A stretch of DNA of 64,000 bases from a virus. This document shows, piece by piece, positions 46,734 to 57,087 of the stretch (its first letter is position 1; the number at the start of each line of letters is the position of its first letter). The stretch lies in IMG/VR virus record IMGVR_UViG_3300025282_000024. One strand, written 5' to 3'. The notes under the pieces were generated by a model. It searched no databases, was not told the DNA's origin, and worked only from the letters and a program-made list of their open reading frames with translations. Position numbers and translations under genes: made by a program.

Positions 46734-48529
46734 TACTCTACGGTGCCTCCAATATCTAAATCTGGATATTTTATTTCAAAAATAGTATCCGTTGGTGGAA
46801 ATAAAAATCTACCATCAGGAGAAAGAGCCTCTTCTATAGATATTGGAGCATCAGCATAACCATCGCCAACCTTTACTTTTAATTTAACATCCACAACATC
46901 CATAAGGTCTGGAATGGATTTTAATATTTGATATATATCTGTAATTATTATGGGCTCTCCAATATAAAACGTCTTAGTGAAGGCATTTCTTAACGTATCG
47001 TTGGCCTCAACTAAAAGATCATATTTGTTTGTGCCAGGAAATGGTACGATTTTAAACTCTATTCCAATATTGCATATCTTTGCATCTAAAATGTCGATTG
47101 TATCATTGACCATCTTATATTGATTTATCCATGTTTTTAAGTTATTTTTAAGTGTGGTATTAGCAACCACCAAATCTCCATCGGAATTTTCGGCAAGTAC
47201 ATAATAATTTATATTACGCTGGTTATATGAGTCAGTATCTAATTCCAAAGCTGCCCTTTTAATTTTTCCAAATTTTGATGGCATGTTATAGCCCAATGCT
47301 ATATAATCTTGTTTGGTCACTGCCCTGTTTTGAGAAGCAAAGTTGGCCATGGCCCTTTCTTTTATTTCTTCAATGCTTATAAGGCCAACGTCGCCAGTAA
47401 CAGGCGCTTCATTTAAAACGGCCAAACTATTTTGTACTCCAGATATTGTAGCTTCGTTTAATAAGCCTTCTTGTTCGGCCAAGAATGAAAAATCTGCAGT
47501 GCCGATTCTTGTTATTGTTTGTGCGGCTGCATTAACATTTTCATTTGTGTTAATTCTATAAATAATAGTTAATGTAGTGCTGGATGGTGACACTCCTAAT
47601 TTATCAGTTTTGTTTAAGATAGAAGGGTCAAAAGAGGTATCTGTAACATAATCTTTTGCATGCAATTGTAATATAACCTCAGACGGATCTTTGACTTCAA
47701 CAGGAGTTTCTTCACTTCCTTGACCAAATTGTAAAAATAGGCCATCAGGGGTAGAATCAACCCTAAATCTCCTAGAAACAGAAACAGGCTTTAATATATA
47801 TGGAACGGTATTATTGTCAGGATTTCTATTTATTACAGGGACATGAAGAACGTCCTGGCTCAAATAATCAACTTCAAAATACTGATTTCCATTATCATCA
47901 AACACTGAGATTATTTCACTTATATTTTCACCAACCATGGAAACCCTTTGAAATGGAGTATATTCTCCAACGTATACTTCTTGTACTGCTAATTCACCAG
48001 AAATTATTTGACCCGCTGTCCTGACTGCATAGGAAGTTGGATTTCCTGTGGTGGCATCCTGATTTGCAACTACAATTGGATTATCAGAAAGCGCAAAATT
48101 TACATCCTCTAACAAAGAAAAAATTGTATCGTTTGTTGATATAAAAGTCGATCCCTTGCGTAAAATGGGCATATATTTTTCATCAGGTGCCTGAGAGGAG
48201 GCTTCAGCCGGAACGGTAATATAAAAATTGCACACGCCAAACGAAGACGGATATGGCTTATATTTATAGCCCATTTGTCGACTTAGCTTGAGTACATTAT
48301 CAAATTCAATGGCAGTGTCTAAAAAAGATTCGTTGGCTTGGTAATCCGTGTAAAACGAAAGCATATCCCCAACATAAGCAACGGTATCCAACATTATAGA
48401 ACCAAAAGATGCTTCAGTGAAATCTCTATAATTATCTGGGTAATATCTCTTGACATATGATTCTAATTCACTTCTAATTGAAGTAAAATCGCGATTAGTA
48501 TAATTTATTGCTGGTTTTTTCGTTGCCAT
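46733..48529 (-). CDS. gp6: Baseplate wedge subunit (T4 gp6-like)
   Basis: INYTNRDFTSIR, YVGDMLSFYTD..ANESFLDTA, MGYK, LQFG and QNRAVTKQDY motifs. Confidence 0.9.
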   Translation of the reverse strand: MATKKPAINYTNRDFTSIRSELESYVKRYYPDNYRDFTEASFGSIMLDTVAYVGDMLSFYTDYQANESFLDTAIEFDNVLKLSRQMGYKYKPYPSSFGVCNFYITVPAEASSQAPDEKYMPILRKGSTFISTNDTIFSLLEDVNFALSDNPIVVANQDATTGNPTSYAVRTAGQIISGELAVQEVYVGEYTPFQRVSMVGENISEIISVFDDNGNQYFEVDYLSQDVLHVPVINRNPDNNTVPYILKPVSVSRRFRVDSTPDGLFLQFGQGSEETPVEVKDPSEVILQLHAKDYVTDTSFDPSILNKTDKLGVSPSSTTLTIIYRINTNENVNAAAQTITRIGTADFSFLAEQEGLLNEATISGVQNSLAVLNEAPVTGDVGLISIEEIKERAMANFASQNRAVTKQDYIALGYNMPSKFGKIKRAALELDTDSYNQRNINYYVLAENSDGDLVVANTTLKNNLKTWINQYKMVNDTIDILDAKICNIGIEFKIVPFPGTNKYDLLVEANDTLRNAFTKTFYIGEPIIITDIYQILKSIPDLMDVVDVKLKVKVGDGYADAPISIEEALSPDGRFLFPPTDTIFEIKYPDLDIGGTVE

Positions 48530-48549
48530 ATTTTTAAAAAATCCTTTTC

Positions 48550-48557
48550 ATAATTAG
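48550..48557 (-). promoter_or_regulatory. Candidate late promoter motif CTAATTAT
   Basis: Intergenic CTANTTA(T/A) match 20 nt upstream of the gp6-like ATG. Confidence 0.5.
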
Positions 48558-48561
48558 ATAT

Positions 48562-48957
48562 TTAAGCTGTAAAAGTAATAGCTAATGTGTCGTCTAGGCC
48601 CACACTGGGAATTGTATAGTGAATTTGTAATCCTAGAGAGTTTGTAGGCTCGTTTTCGCCCGGGCTATCCTGAAGGTCTATCACATTAATATCTGTAACT
48701 CGAACAAAGGGAACATATTTTTTTACCTGCTCCATAATTTTGCCCCTAAGTGATGTATGAGTAACCATTTTAGTATCAAATAAATAATTACGAACCCCAA
48801 CTCCAAAATTAGGATCCATCATTCTTTCACCTGGGCACGTTAAAACAACCATCTTAATGTTCTGCTTCATAACGGCGCCTATAGTTTTATTTAATTTGTA
48901 ATACCCATCAACAGGATCGTGTTGCAGTGGTAATTTTGGAGAATAACCGATTCCCAT
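48562..48957 (-). CDS. gp25: Baseplate gp25/gpW-like protein
   Basis: KQNIKMVVLTCPGERMMDPNFGVGVRNYLFD. Confidence 0.92.
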   Translation of the reverse strand: MGIGYSPKLPLQHDPVDGYYKLNKTIGAVMKQNIKMVVLTCPGERMMDPNFGVGVRNYLFDTKMVTHTSLRGKIMEQVKKYVPFVRVTDINVIDLQDSPGENEPTNSLGLQIHYTIPSVGLDDTLAITFTA

Positions 48958-48975
48958 TTATTTAATCTCCTCTAG

Positions 48976-48983
48976 ATAAGTAG
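48976..48983 (-). promoter_or_regulatory. Candidate late promoter motif CTACTTAT
   Basis: Intergenic CTANTTA(T/A) match 18 nt upstream of the gp25-like ATG. Confidence 0.5.
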
Positions 48984-49027
48984 AATTTAAACATGTTTTC
49001 ATTATAAAATAATTATACATTTCAACA

Positions 49028-52000
49028 TCATCCACTGTCTGTTTGGGGGGTGCCATCTTCACATTCTTCTTCTTCTTCTGTAAGTTTGTCTTTATCTTTG
49101 TCTGGAATCTGCGAAATCATTTTTGCTATTATTCCAACAGGAGTTAGTGGTCCAGGGAAAAACCATGGTGTTTTCCAGGTCGGGTCAACAGTGTTCGCTG
49201 CCATTTGAACAACTAACTCAAAAAATTGTGCAGCCACATCTTGAGACGATGGCGCTGACATGGCTAACTTTTCTTCCTGGGGGACATCTTCAACTGCGTC
49301 GTTAACATATGAATAATCACCCTCTAATATTTTAATAGATTGAGTTATGAAAGAGTTAATTAATAGCTTCGTAGGAAAAAATAGATTTTGCAACTCAGGA
49401 TAAGCACTAATCATAGCATAACGGTATAAAAGTGCTGTAGAAAACACAGTTTGTCTAATGGGCAACACCTCCTCAAGGAGTTTAGACCCTTTTGTCTTTT
49501 CCATTATTTTGTTTTGCAACGTATGCACAATTTCTTCCCGCAAAGGGTTGGGGCTTGATTCGGCATCATCAGTTGTGCGGTTATGGGGGGCTAATGAGGT
49601 ATTAAGAAGTTTGCACGCCGCCCAAAGAGTGGGCCGCACAGGATTATTATTAGATGCTGTATTGACATAATACGTACTTGGCTCTTTATTTTCCTGCATG
49701 TAGGCCACATTTATCTTAATTGGGCAAAATAGATTATTATATAAATTTGCTTTATTGTTAATCGATGGGCCGCGGGAGAAATTATATTCAAGGGCACCTT
49801 GCTCCAACCCAAGATCAGAAATTTTGCCCATAATTAAACTCCATGGATTTTCTTTTAATGGTGGAGTAGGCGAATCGATAAAAGCAGAAGAAACAGAGTC
49901 AGACCCAAACGTCGTCGGAGATCCCGCGGGGTGTAAATTTTTATGTACATCCTCCCAATATTTTCTCAGATCATATTCTGTAGCTTCTAGTGGTAAACAC
50001 AACCAGCGGCGTACTTGGTTGGCTGGATCTGACAATAAGAACGTTTTATCTAAAATATAATCTCTATCAATTTTTATATCCGGTAAATAAGGCTCCACAT
50101 CTCTCAATTCGGATATAAGATTTTCTATATAATCTGAATCGATATCTTGTCCTTGATATGGTACCACCAAATTCAGCCTCATACCCAGGGAAATATCAAA
50201 CCAGTGATCAAAAGGCGCCTCAACAACAACTCTTTTTAACCACTCATAAATCCCACATAAATAATCAATGTTTAAATTCACAAAGCTGTCACCAAAGACG
50301 GTATCGGGAGCAAGACTTTCAACGGTGATACCATCAGGAAGTGCAGAAAAATCATCAAAACCATGACGATCCATAAACTGGGCAATTGCCAATAGATAAT
50401 TTTTATTAAAAGAGTTCGAAATATTCTTCGTAGCGACGGCGCCGACGTCGGCGTCATTAACACCGATATTTGTCTCTTTGGCACCAGAAAAAATATCAAT
50501 AATTGAACCATTCCATTTTGAAAAACTAGCATCAGCTATCTCAGAAAAATTGTAATACCCCATTGAGTCAAAATTTATAACCCCCCTATTGCGAAAATTA
50601 CTTCTGGCCTCTGGGATGACCCCATTGGGGTAGTGCTGCCAATAATAAAAAGCATTATAAAACGCAGCTGGGCCGGCACCGCCGGTAATACCCTCCTGGA
50701 ATGCCTGTGTTATTGTATCCAATGAACTTACAGTGCTTTGAAATATTAATTTATAAATGGAACTAGTATCGGAGGGCTTATTAAGGTCAGAAGCCCAACT
50801 CCACAGCGCGCCATCCTTGTCTACTGGTGAAAAGAAAGTTAAAAAGAAATCCCAAAAAGTAGAAAGTTTTCCGCCCTTTACCGCTATAGGAGCATCGAAA
50901 ATGAGTAAACCATGGGCCTCATATTCTTCTTCCACTTTTCCTATGACCTTCCTTATAAAATTATGTATTTTCCTAACAACTTCTTCATAGTTAGGCACCT
51001 GTACTCCAGGTTGACCATATGATTGAGCGCCTGTTGGGCTATGGCCCGGAAGTGGAAAAATGTTTTTGTATAGTGGGTTGCCGCCGTCGCGTGTGAAAAA
51101 AGTGTTAATAATTGGCTCACCAGTTTCTACTGACTGATTGTGGGGGACGTCTTGTAGGGTGATGCCGGGAGCTGCTCCATACGTCATCCCATATGCATTA
51201 ACATCATCATAAGCTCTAAAAATAGCGCTTTCCCAAAGCGCAAAAGCTTCTTTAAACTTTCCCCAAAAACTATAAAAATATGGTTCTGCATCCTCCAAAG
51301 ACGAGGGTTCGTTATAGGTTGTAGCTAATTTAGACTTCATTCTTACATAGGGTTCAAAGAAGAGGCCCCCTTCGAGATCAGAAGGGAAAGGCTTTTGTCC
51401 ATCAATCTGCCAACCCTCGTTTTTATCAATTAACTCGAAGAAGGGCATCTTATTTTTTTCTAAACTATTTGGATCTCCAAGTGTTTTTGGGCGCGATGGA
51501 TACATTGCCTTATTCATTATTTCATTATGTATAGCATACTTGAAAAAATCATTTTTAAAATATTCTCCCTCCCCCAGCGTGATAAACTCATCTTTCCAGT
51601 TGGGGTTAGTGTGATAGCGTATACGACTATCCATTAAAGAATCAACTTCTAGAGCCTCTTCCATAATAAGAATATCTAAGCTTTCTTCTGGAGTTTTTAC
51701 TTTTAGTTCTTCGGCTTTTGCTACATCGTCGAGGGGGGCGCCATTTTCGTCTACCATGGCGTCTACATCTAATGTTAATCTACGTGCATTTACTATTTTT
51801 TCAGAATATTCTAAAAGAGGGCCATATCCTGTCGATAAAACACTCTCAACTGAAGATTTAACATTTTTCTTTACAATGCCCATATATGCTTCATCTTCGA
51901 TGATGTCAGATATATTCGCAAATGAAAACATAAAAATATTTTTAAGAAACTCTTCTACAATACAAACTTTTATTAGCATTTTATATAATCCAAACAAATT

Positions 52001-55000
52001 TGCAATCTGAAGTGCGTCTGGTGTGGCAAACATACTAACTACGCATTCTAGGCTTTTTCTAATATCATCTACGTCTAATTTATTTTTATCAGGATTTAAT
52101 AAGGGTGTCGCGTCTGTGTCAATACATTTAGATTCAGTTTCTTGATTAGTTAGCGGAAGCGAATTAAAGTTCTTAGCTTCAAATAATTTATTTTTAGATG
52201 TATTATTCCAAACAGTCTCAAGAATTAAATTTGAAGCAATCGGAAAAATGCCTTTAAATATGGAGGCTGGATTATCTCCAGTGACGGCCGTCATGAACAT
52301 CATTTCTGGAAGAACTTTGCCAGTTGGTATAGACGGGCTTTTAAACCAATACTTAAAAAGCCCGTTCTCAAAATCATTCATATCAAAAATTTCACCTTCT
52401 TCTTCATCTTTCTTAGATTTTTCAGGAGGTGGATATTCATAATCTTTAATATCCCCATTAAAACAAAGTACTTTAATTTGTGGGGATTCGATAGATGTTC
52501 CTTTAAAACCCATCGGATTGCCAGAAAAATTAAAAACCATATATATGATATACGGCGTATTAGGAATATCATATTCAAATATTGCTATTTTATTCTCTGG
52601 TTCATATTTTATTAATTGATTCATGCCGCCGTTATCAGAAGTTGTAATTTCAGCAATCATATTCCGGAATTTCTTGGCAACAAGCTTCTTTCCTTCAGAA
52701 TCGGTGTCCGATTCATAAGCGTCCACAGACGCTGCCAGCATAGTATTGACAGCGCTCTTATACGCAGCCGAAGGATCCTCTGGATCGACTTCCACATTGG
52801 ACAGCTGATTAATCAAAATATTAACTGCATCGCCGCTCATAACTTCTTTTATTAATGGTTTATAGGCGGAGAGGTTATTATTAAAAACGTCATCAATGGT
52901 TTTGTATGTACGATTATTCAGCCTTTCCTGCATAAAAAGCTGTGTTGGATCAGATTGATTAGGCATCATCGGCTTCATTCCAACTTGATTTGGAGAACAA
53001 GGGCCGCAAAAAAGTGGAGGATATAGATCTTCCATCATCTGCTTATCCATTAACGGTAAAATTGCCGACAAATCATCTAAAACTTGTTGTTGATCTCCTT
53101 CAACTAAGGCTATAATATCGTCTGGCGCGATGGACTCACCAAGATTCTCCACATTAATGGGGTCGCAAAGACTTGAAAAAGCACTTTGTAGGGCGTCATA
53201 TTCATCAATAACTGCGTCATATGTATCCGGATCAATTAACTTTCCCAAATCAAACAAAAAAGCATGTGCTTGAGTTGGAGAAATAAATCCGATTGGGAAA
53301 GGCAATTCGACAATTGCGCCCGAGTCAGGATCCTCTTTTTTATATGTCTGGTTCTCTTTGGTAGGATCATATCCAGTTTGTGCAACAATTGCGGCTAGAG
53401 ATAGGCCTGGAAATTGTTGTAATATAGTCATACTCACTTCGTCGCCCATTAATATTAGTGCCGGCTCTTCATAATTTCCATCAAAAGAGCTGTCATTGCA
53501 TTCAGTTGTAAATAATCTTTTTAATTCGCGGGGCGAAAATGCATCTCCTAGCTTTTCAAACCCATCTACCAAAGTTTGAATGTCCTGGTTGAAAAAATGT
53601 TTTTCTTTAAGATCTTTAAACTTGTCCCAAAGTTCTTGTTCTCCCTTGTCTTTATATACTTGAGAGTCCATTATCCAATCTTTGGGGCTCGCAAAACCAA
53701 AGGGGCTATCGGTGCCATTACATAAATCTTTAGTTAAATTCCCACTAAACTCATCCTTAACATATTTTAAAACAACCATTGTGGTAGCAAAAACGAGATT
53801 CATTCCCATATCTTTAAGACCATTTGCAAACGCGTCTTTGAAGCCTTTCATTTTATCCTCGGACTTCAGATACTTTTTAATAGGATTAATCATTCTGTCT
53901 AAAGCTAAAGTTCCATCCTGATCCGAATCATATAACTTATCTTTTGCTGCGGTTGTCATCCCATCTATCATTTCATCAGAGATATCTTGGAATTCATCGA
54001 GTAAACGAGTGACTGGCCCGTATAAAGTTAATACACAATCACATATGGCATCGCTAGCTTGATCATCAGCCCATTTTGCTAATTCTTCATTAAAGTCATC
54101 TGGGGCTCTTCCAAACTTCTTTTGCATATATGGGTCAGAACAATAAGCAGAAGTTAATTTAGACACAACCTGAATCTCTGTCCATGGAGTCGCTGGGTCG
54201 GGTGGAAATTTCTTGGGGTATCTAGCGGATGCAATTTTGTAAAGCTCGCCAACTCGGCCTGTAATCTTTCCTTCCAATTTTGCAATTGCCATTTCGCCTG
54301 GTGCACCCAGATTTCTTAAACATGGATAGAGTTGTTGTCGAATTTCTGCTATTGGCACCTTCTTCAATATCGTTTGGCATAAATGTCTTTTCATGTCGCT
54401 GTTTTTGACACATTTAAACAGAAGCGTTGCAGCTATTTTTATTAATTCAGATATTGGAATTCTGTTTAGCAACTTATCAAAAAGAGCCGTCATGGACTTT
54501 ACCTCTCCACTGAGGGCTTTCAATAAATTATCGTCGCCAGCATACATGTTAGTAACATTTGATGCCCCAACAACCATATTTTTAACGTCCGGACTCATTA
54601 GTTGGAGGGGATCTTTTATATATTTCCCAGTAAACAGAAGGTCTTTAAATATCGGATTTTTTAACTGGAGTATATCCAAAGGCGTGCCTGGCATGGATCC
54701 ACCCTGGCCAGAATAATGTACTTCTGGGGGAGGGTAAATATATGTATGGACAAAATCTAACCATGATTGTTCCATGGAAAATAAATCAGTACTATAATTG
54801 CCCCCATCTTTTAAATATCGCGCATACCTTCTATTAATTTCTGGCAATAAATGTATAAAATTATTAATTCCCGGGAGGGCAAATGGACCATTTCCTTTTA
54901 TGGCATTAAGGCCTTCTTTAAGAATATAGGGGGTTAAATCCGCGCCCTCTTCACACAAACAATCTGCAACTTCACTAAAAGAAACATATTGTAAAATATA

Positions 55001-56059
55001 ATCTTTTGTAAAACCAAACTGCAATGCTGACAGTGGGGTAGTATCTTTTAACTCTTCTAAGCTAGGGTGGCCATTGGTTCGCATTAGGCCATCAAGTATC
55101 TGATAAATTTGACTTATGGAGCCGGCTGCACATTTAGCATCAAAGTTGACTTCCACCCCTTCTCTAGCAAAAGCAATATTCATCTGTGCGTCAAAGTGTA
55201 GTAAAATATTTTCTAAATTTTCTAAATTTTGCTTAAGATCTTTAACTAAAATTAATACTTCCCTATTGGTGACACTATAATCTATATTAGGAGCATTCTG
55301 AGATAATGAATCTACCCACCCTCGATCAAACATAACTTTAATCCATAAAGTCTGATATTCTGGAAGCCTAGGCACAATGTGCCAAGATTGTGTTGTTGAC
55401 ACCTCTTTTGGCTTGCCCGTAACTGGATCATTTGATCTTTTAACTTTTCTATTTTGTGGTATAAAACCAAAGTCTTTTGACCAATTTTTAATTTGGTCTT
55501 TGCGGATTGTCTTGTCTAAATCCTTTTCTAATTTTTTTAGTGCCCAAAATTTACAATTATTAACAAATTCCTCATTGCCAAGAAGGCCGACGCCGGGGGC
55601 TCCTTTTTTAGAAGCGGGATATCCAATATTATATTTATTGAGCCCATCTTTATAATTAACCAAATTTGGATTTTTGGTCATGTTCTCAAAAACCAATGGA
55701 ACTATATAATATTTGCCATCAGCTGATAAATGTGCTTTTTCTCTCTGCCACCAGAGTTGCTTATTCCCAATATTTTTCTTTTCATAATCTCTATTTTTTT
55801 CGTTCCCAAAAGTTACAGACGGTCCAATGCCATAAGATTTCTTTATCACGCTTATTTTATATGCCCAACTAAAATTTTCTTCCGGAGGGAACAAATTAGC
55901 ATCATTCATTTTCTTTTTGATGATACCCATGAATCCCTCAAGAGTCGGAGAATATTTGCCGCTTACTGCAGTCAAAACGACAACGCCTTTTTCTGGTTCC
56001 TCTTTTAATCTGTTATATAATTTTTCAATTATTATATCTAAAGCTGTTTTGTTAGCCAC
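49028..56059 (-). CDS. Very large hypothetical protein, largely helical, 2343 aa
   Basis: Uninterrupted ORF with a GTG start and SD GAGG, lying between the spike-like and gp25-like genes. Confidence 0.8.
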   Translation of the reverse strand: MANKTALDIIIEKLYNRLKEEPEKGVVVLTAVSGKYSPTLEGFMGIIKKKMNDANLFPPEENFSWAYKISVIKKSYGIGPSVTFGNEKNRDYEKKNIGNKQLWWQREKAHLSADGKYYIVPLVFENMTKNPNLVNYKDGLNKYNIGYPASKKGAPGVGLLGNEEFVNNCKFWALKKLEKDLDKTIRKDQIKNWSKDFGFIPQNRKVKRSNDPVTGKPKEVSTTQSWHIVPRLPEYQTLWIKVMFDRGWVDSLSQNAPNIDYSVTNREVLILVKDLKQNLENLENILLHFDAQMNIAFAREGVEVNFDAKCAAGSISQIYQILDGLMRTNGHPSLEELKDTTPLSALQFGFTKDYILQYVSFSEVADCLCEEGADLTPYILKEGLNAIKGNGPFALPGINNFIHLLPEINRRYARYLKDGGNYSTDLFSMEQSWLDFVHTYIYPPPEVHYSGQGGSMPGTPLDILQLKNPIFKDLLFTGKYIKDPLQLMSPDVKNMVVGASNVTNMYAGDDNLLKALSGEVKSMTALFDKLLNRIPISELIKIAATLLFKCVKNSDMKRHLCQTILKKVPIAEIRQQLYPCLRNLGAPGEMAIAKLEGKITGRVGELYKIASARYPKKFPPDPATPWTEIQVVSKLTSAYCSDPYMQKKFGRAPDDFNEELAKWADDQASDAICDCVLTLYGPVTRLLDEFQDISDEMIDGMTTAAKDKLYDSDQDGTLALDRMINPIKKYLKSEDKMKGFKDAFANGLKDMGMNLVFATTMVVLKYVKDEFSGNLTKDLCNGTDSPFGFASPKDWIMDSQVYKDKGEQELWDKFKDLKEKHFFNQDIQTLVDGFEKLGDAFSPRELKRLFTTECNDSSFDGNYEEPALILMGDEVSMTILQQFPGLSLAAIVAQTGYDPTKENQTYKKEDPDSGAIVELPFPIGFISPTQAHAFLFDLGKLIDPDTYDAVIDEYDALQSAFSSLCDPINVENLGESIAPDDIIALVEGDQQQVLDDLSAILPLMDKQMMEDLYPPLFCGPCSPNQVGMKPMMPNQSDPTQLFMQERLNNRTYKTIDDVFNNNLSAYKPLIKEVMSGDAVNILINQLSNVEVDPEDPSAAYKSAVNTMLAASVDAYESDTDSEGKKLVAKKFRNMIAEITTSDNGGMNQLIKYEPENKIAIFEYDIPNTPYIIYMVFNFSGNPMGFKGTSIESPQIKVLCFNGDIKDYEYPPPEKSKKDEEEGEIFDMNDFENGLFKYWFKSPSIPTGKVLPEMMFMTAVTGDNPASIFKGIFPIASNLILETVWNNTSKNKLFEAKNFNSLPLTNQETESKCIDTDATPLLNPDKNKLDVDDIRKSLECVVSMFATPDALQIANLFGLYKMLIKVCIVEEFLKNIFMFSFANISDIIEDEAYMGIVKKNVKSSVESVLSTGYGPLLEYSEKIVNARRLTLDVDAMVDENGAPLDDVAKAEELKVKTPEESLDILIMEEALEVDSLMDSRIRYHTNPNWKDEFITLGEGEYFKNDFFKYAIHNEIMNKAMYPSRPKTLGDPNSLEKNKMPFFELIDKNEGWQIDGQKPFPSDLEGGLFFEPYVRMKSKLATTYNEPSSLEDAEPYFYSFWGKFKEAFALWESAIFRAYDDVNAYGMTYGAAPGITLQDVPHNQSVETGEPIINTFFTRDGGNPLYKNIFPLPGHSPTGAQSYGQPGVQVPNYEEVVRKIHNFIRKVIGKVEEEYEAHGLLIFDAPIAVKGGKLSTFWDFFLTFFSPVDKDGALWSWASDLNKPSDTSSIYKLIFQSTVSSLDTITQAFQEGITGGAGPAAFYNAFYYWQHYPNGVIPEARSNFRNRGVINFDSMGYYNFSEIADASFSKWNGSIIDIFSGAKETNIGVNDADVGAVATKNISNSFNKNYLLAIAQFMDRHGFDDFSALPDGITVESLAPDTVFGDSFVNLNIDYLCGIYEWLKRVVVEAPFDHWFDISLGMRLNLVVPYQGQDIDSDYIENLISELRDVEPYLPDIKIDRDYILDKTFLLSDPANQVRRWLCLPLEATEYDLRKYWEDVHKNLHPAGSPTTFGSDSVSSAFIDSPTPPLKENPWSLIMGKISDLGLEQGALEYNFSRGPSINNKANLYNNLFCPIKINVAYMQENKEPSTYYVNTASNNNPVRPTLWAACKLLNTSLAPHNRTTDDAESSPNPLREEIVHTLQNKIMEKTKGSKLLEEVLPIRQTVFSTALLYRYAMISAYPELQNLFFPTKLLINSFITQSIKILEGDYSYVNDAVEDVPQEEKLAMSAPSSQDVAAQFFELVVQMAANTVDPTWKTPWFFPGPLTPVGIIAKMISQIPDKDKDKLTEEEEECEDGTPQTDSG

Positions 56060-56083
56060 TTTCTGACCTCTTTTTTTGTAAAC

Positions 56084-57073
56084 TTAAGTTGTAGATACTT
56101 GGCCACTATTAATATAGTCACTGCTAAATTGTTCTAATCTTTGTATCTTAATACCGGAGCCTCTCATTCCGTGTAACATAAGGCTTTTCTTGCAAGATAG
56201 CGCACTTGTTATGGCGTCAAAGCCAGCAGTCATGCAATCAAAAGACATTAGGGTTTCTCCCCCCGCAAGAGAAGTTGGGTTTCCAGTTGCAAGGGTACCA
56301 ATAGCCATGCTAGTTGGAGATGGATGTTTGTGGCTCATAAGTGCAGTATTAAATTTATGCTGAAACATTAAAAAATTATCCACAACGGTTGCCAATTCAT
56401 TAATATTATCAACTATGTCATTTAGCGCCCTTAATACATTATTTCCTTTTGGGATAGGTTGGGGCTTGCCGCCGCCGGCAATTAAATTAATACTGCCAGG
56501 TCCCCAAACTGGAAAGCCCAATGAATTTTTAAGATCTATTCCGCTGCAAATTTTAATATTTTCACGTCCAATAATACGGAGCTGATCTGCCTTCACAACT
56601 GCAGCAGATTTCCCAGCCACCGACCCAATATTGCCGCCAGGGACTGCAAACATATCATCAACATCACATTTAGCAGAGACATAAATTCTAGCAGCATCTT
56701 TTTTTGCATTTGGATTAAGTGGCACTCCGGGAACTTTGCCCTTCGCTGTGCCATGTGAATCTAAACCTGCATATATATCGACCGCAGAACAGCCAAAAGC
56801 GCCGACTCCCCCATAACCGGCGCCATGTATATATGGTTCACCAGTTTTGGGATCCGTTTTTTCATTCATTCTGTCTAGACCGATTCTTATCCCAGAACCA
56901 TAAGACCCTTCAATGTGATTTTCGCCTTTGGCATATCTAGATATATTAGGCACCCGATGGGGGTTGGGATCGCCATCAATGCCACTATAAAATATGCTTG
57001 TACTTCGGTCTAAATTTAATCCAGTTTGATCAAAAAATAAAGCTCTATTTCTAAGGGGAATACTTAACGTCAT
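56084..57073 (-). CDS. Baseplate spike-like protein (C-terminal part of a gp5/gpV-type spike), 329 aa
   Basis: Gly-rich short beta strands (IEGSYGSGIRIG, KADQLRIIGRENIKI), a helix, then an HKH motif typical of metal-binding spike tips. Confidence 0.55.
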   Translation of the reverse strand: MTLSIPLRNRALFFDQTGLNLDRSTSIFYSGIDGDPNPHRVPNISRYAKGENHIEGSYGSGIRIGLDRMNEKTDPKTGEPYIHGAGYGGVGAFGCSAVDIYAGLDSHGTAKGKVPGVPLNPNAKKDAARIYVSAKCDVDDMFAVPGGNIGSVAGKSAAVVKADQLRIIGRENIKICSGIDLKNSLGFPVWGPGSINLIAGGGKPQPIPKGNNVLRALNDIVDNINELATVVDNFLMFQHKFNTALMSHKHPSPTSMAIGTLATGNPTSLAGGETLMSFDCMTAGFDAITSALSCKKSLMLHGMRGSGIKIQRLEQFSSDYINSGQVSTT

Positions 57074-57087
57074 TTTATTATTTTCCT

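Noticed and set aside
49028-56059. 2343-aa protein as a virion RNA polymerase
   Set aside because: There is no convincing DxDGD/DFDxD catalytic motif; SFDGN, DSDQDG and DIDSD lack the expected context. A structure search would be needed to exclude it fully.
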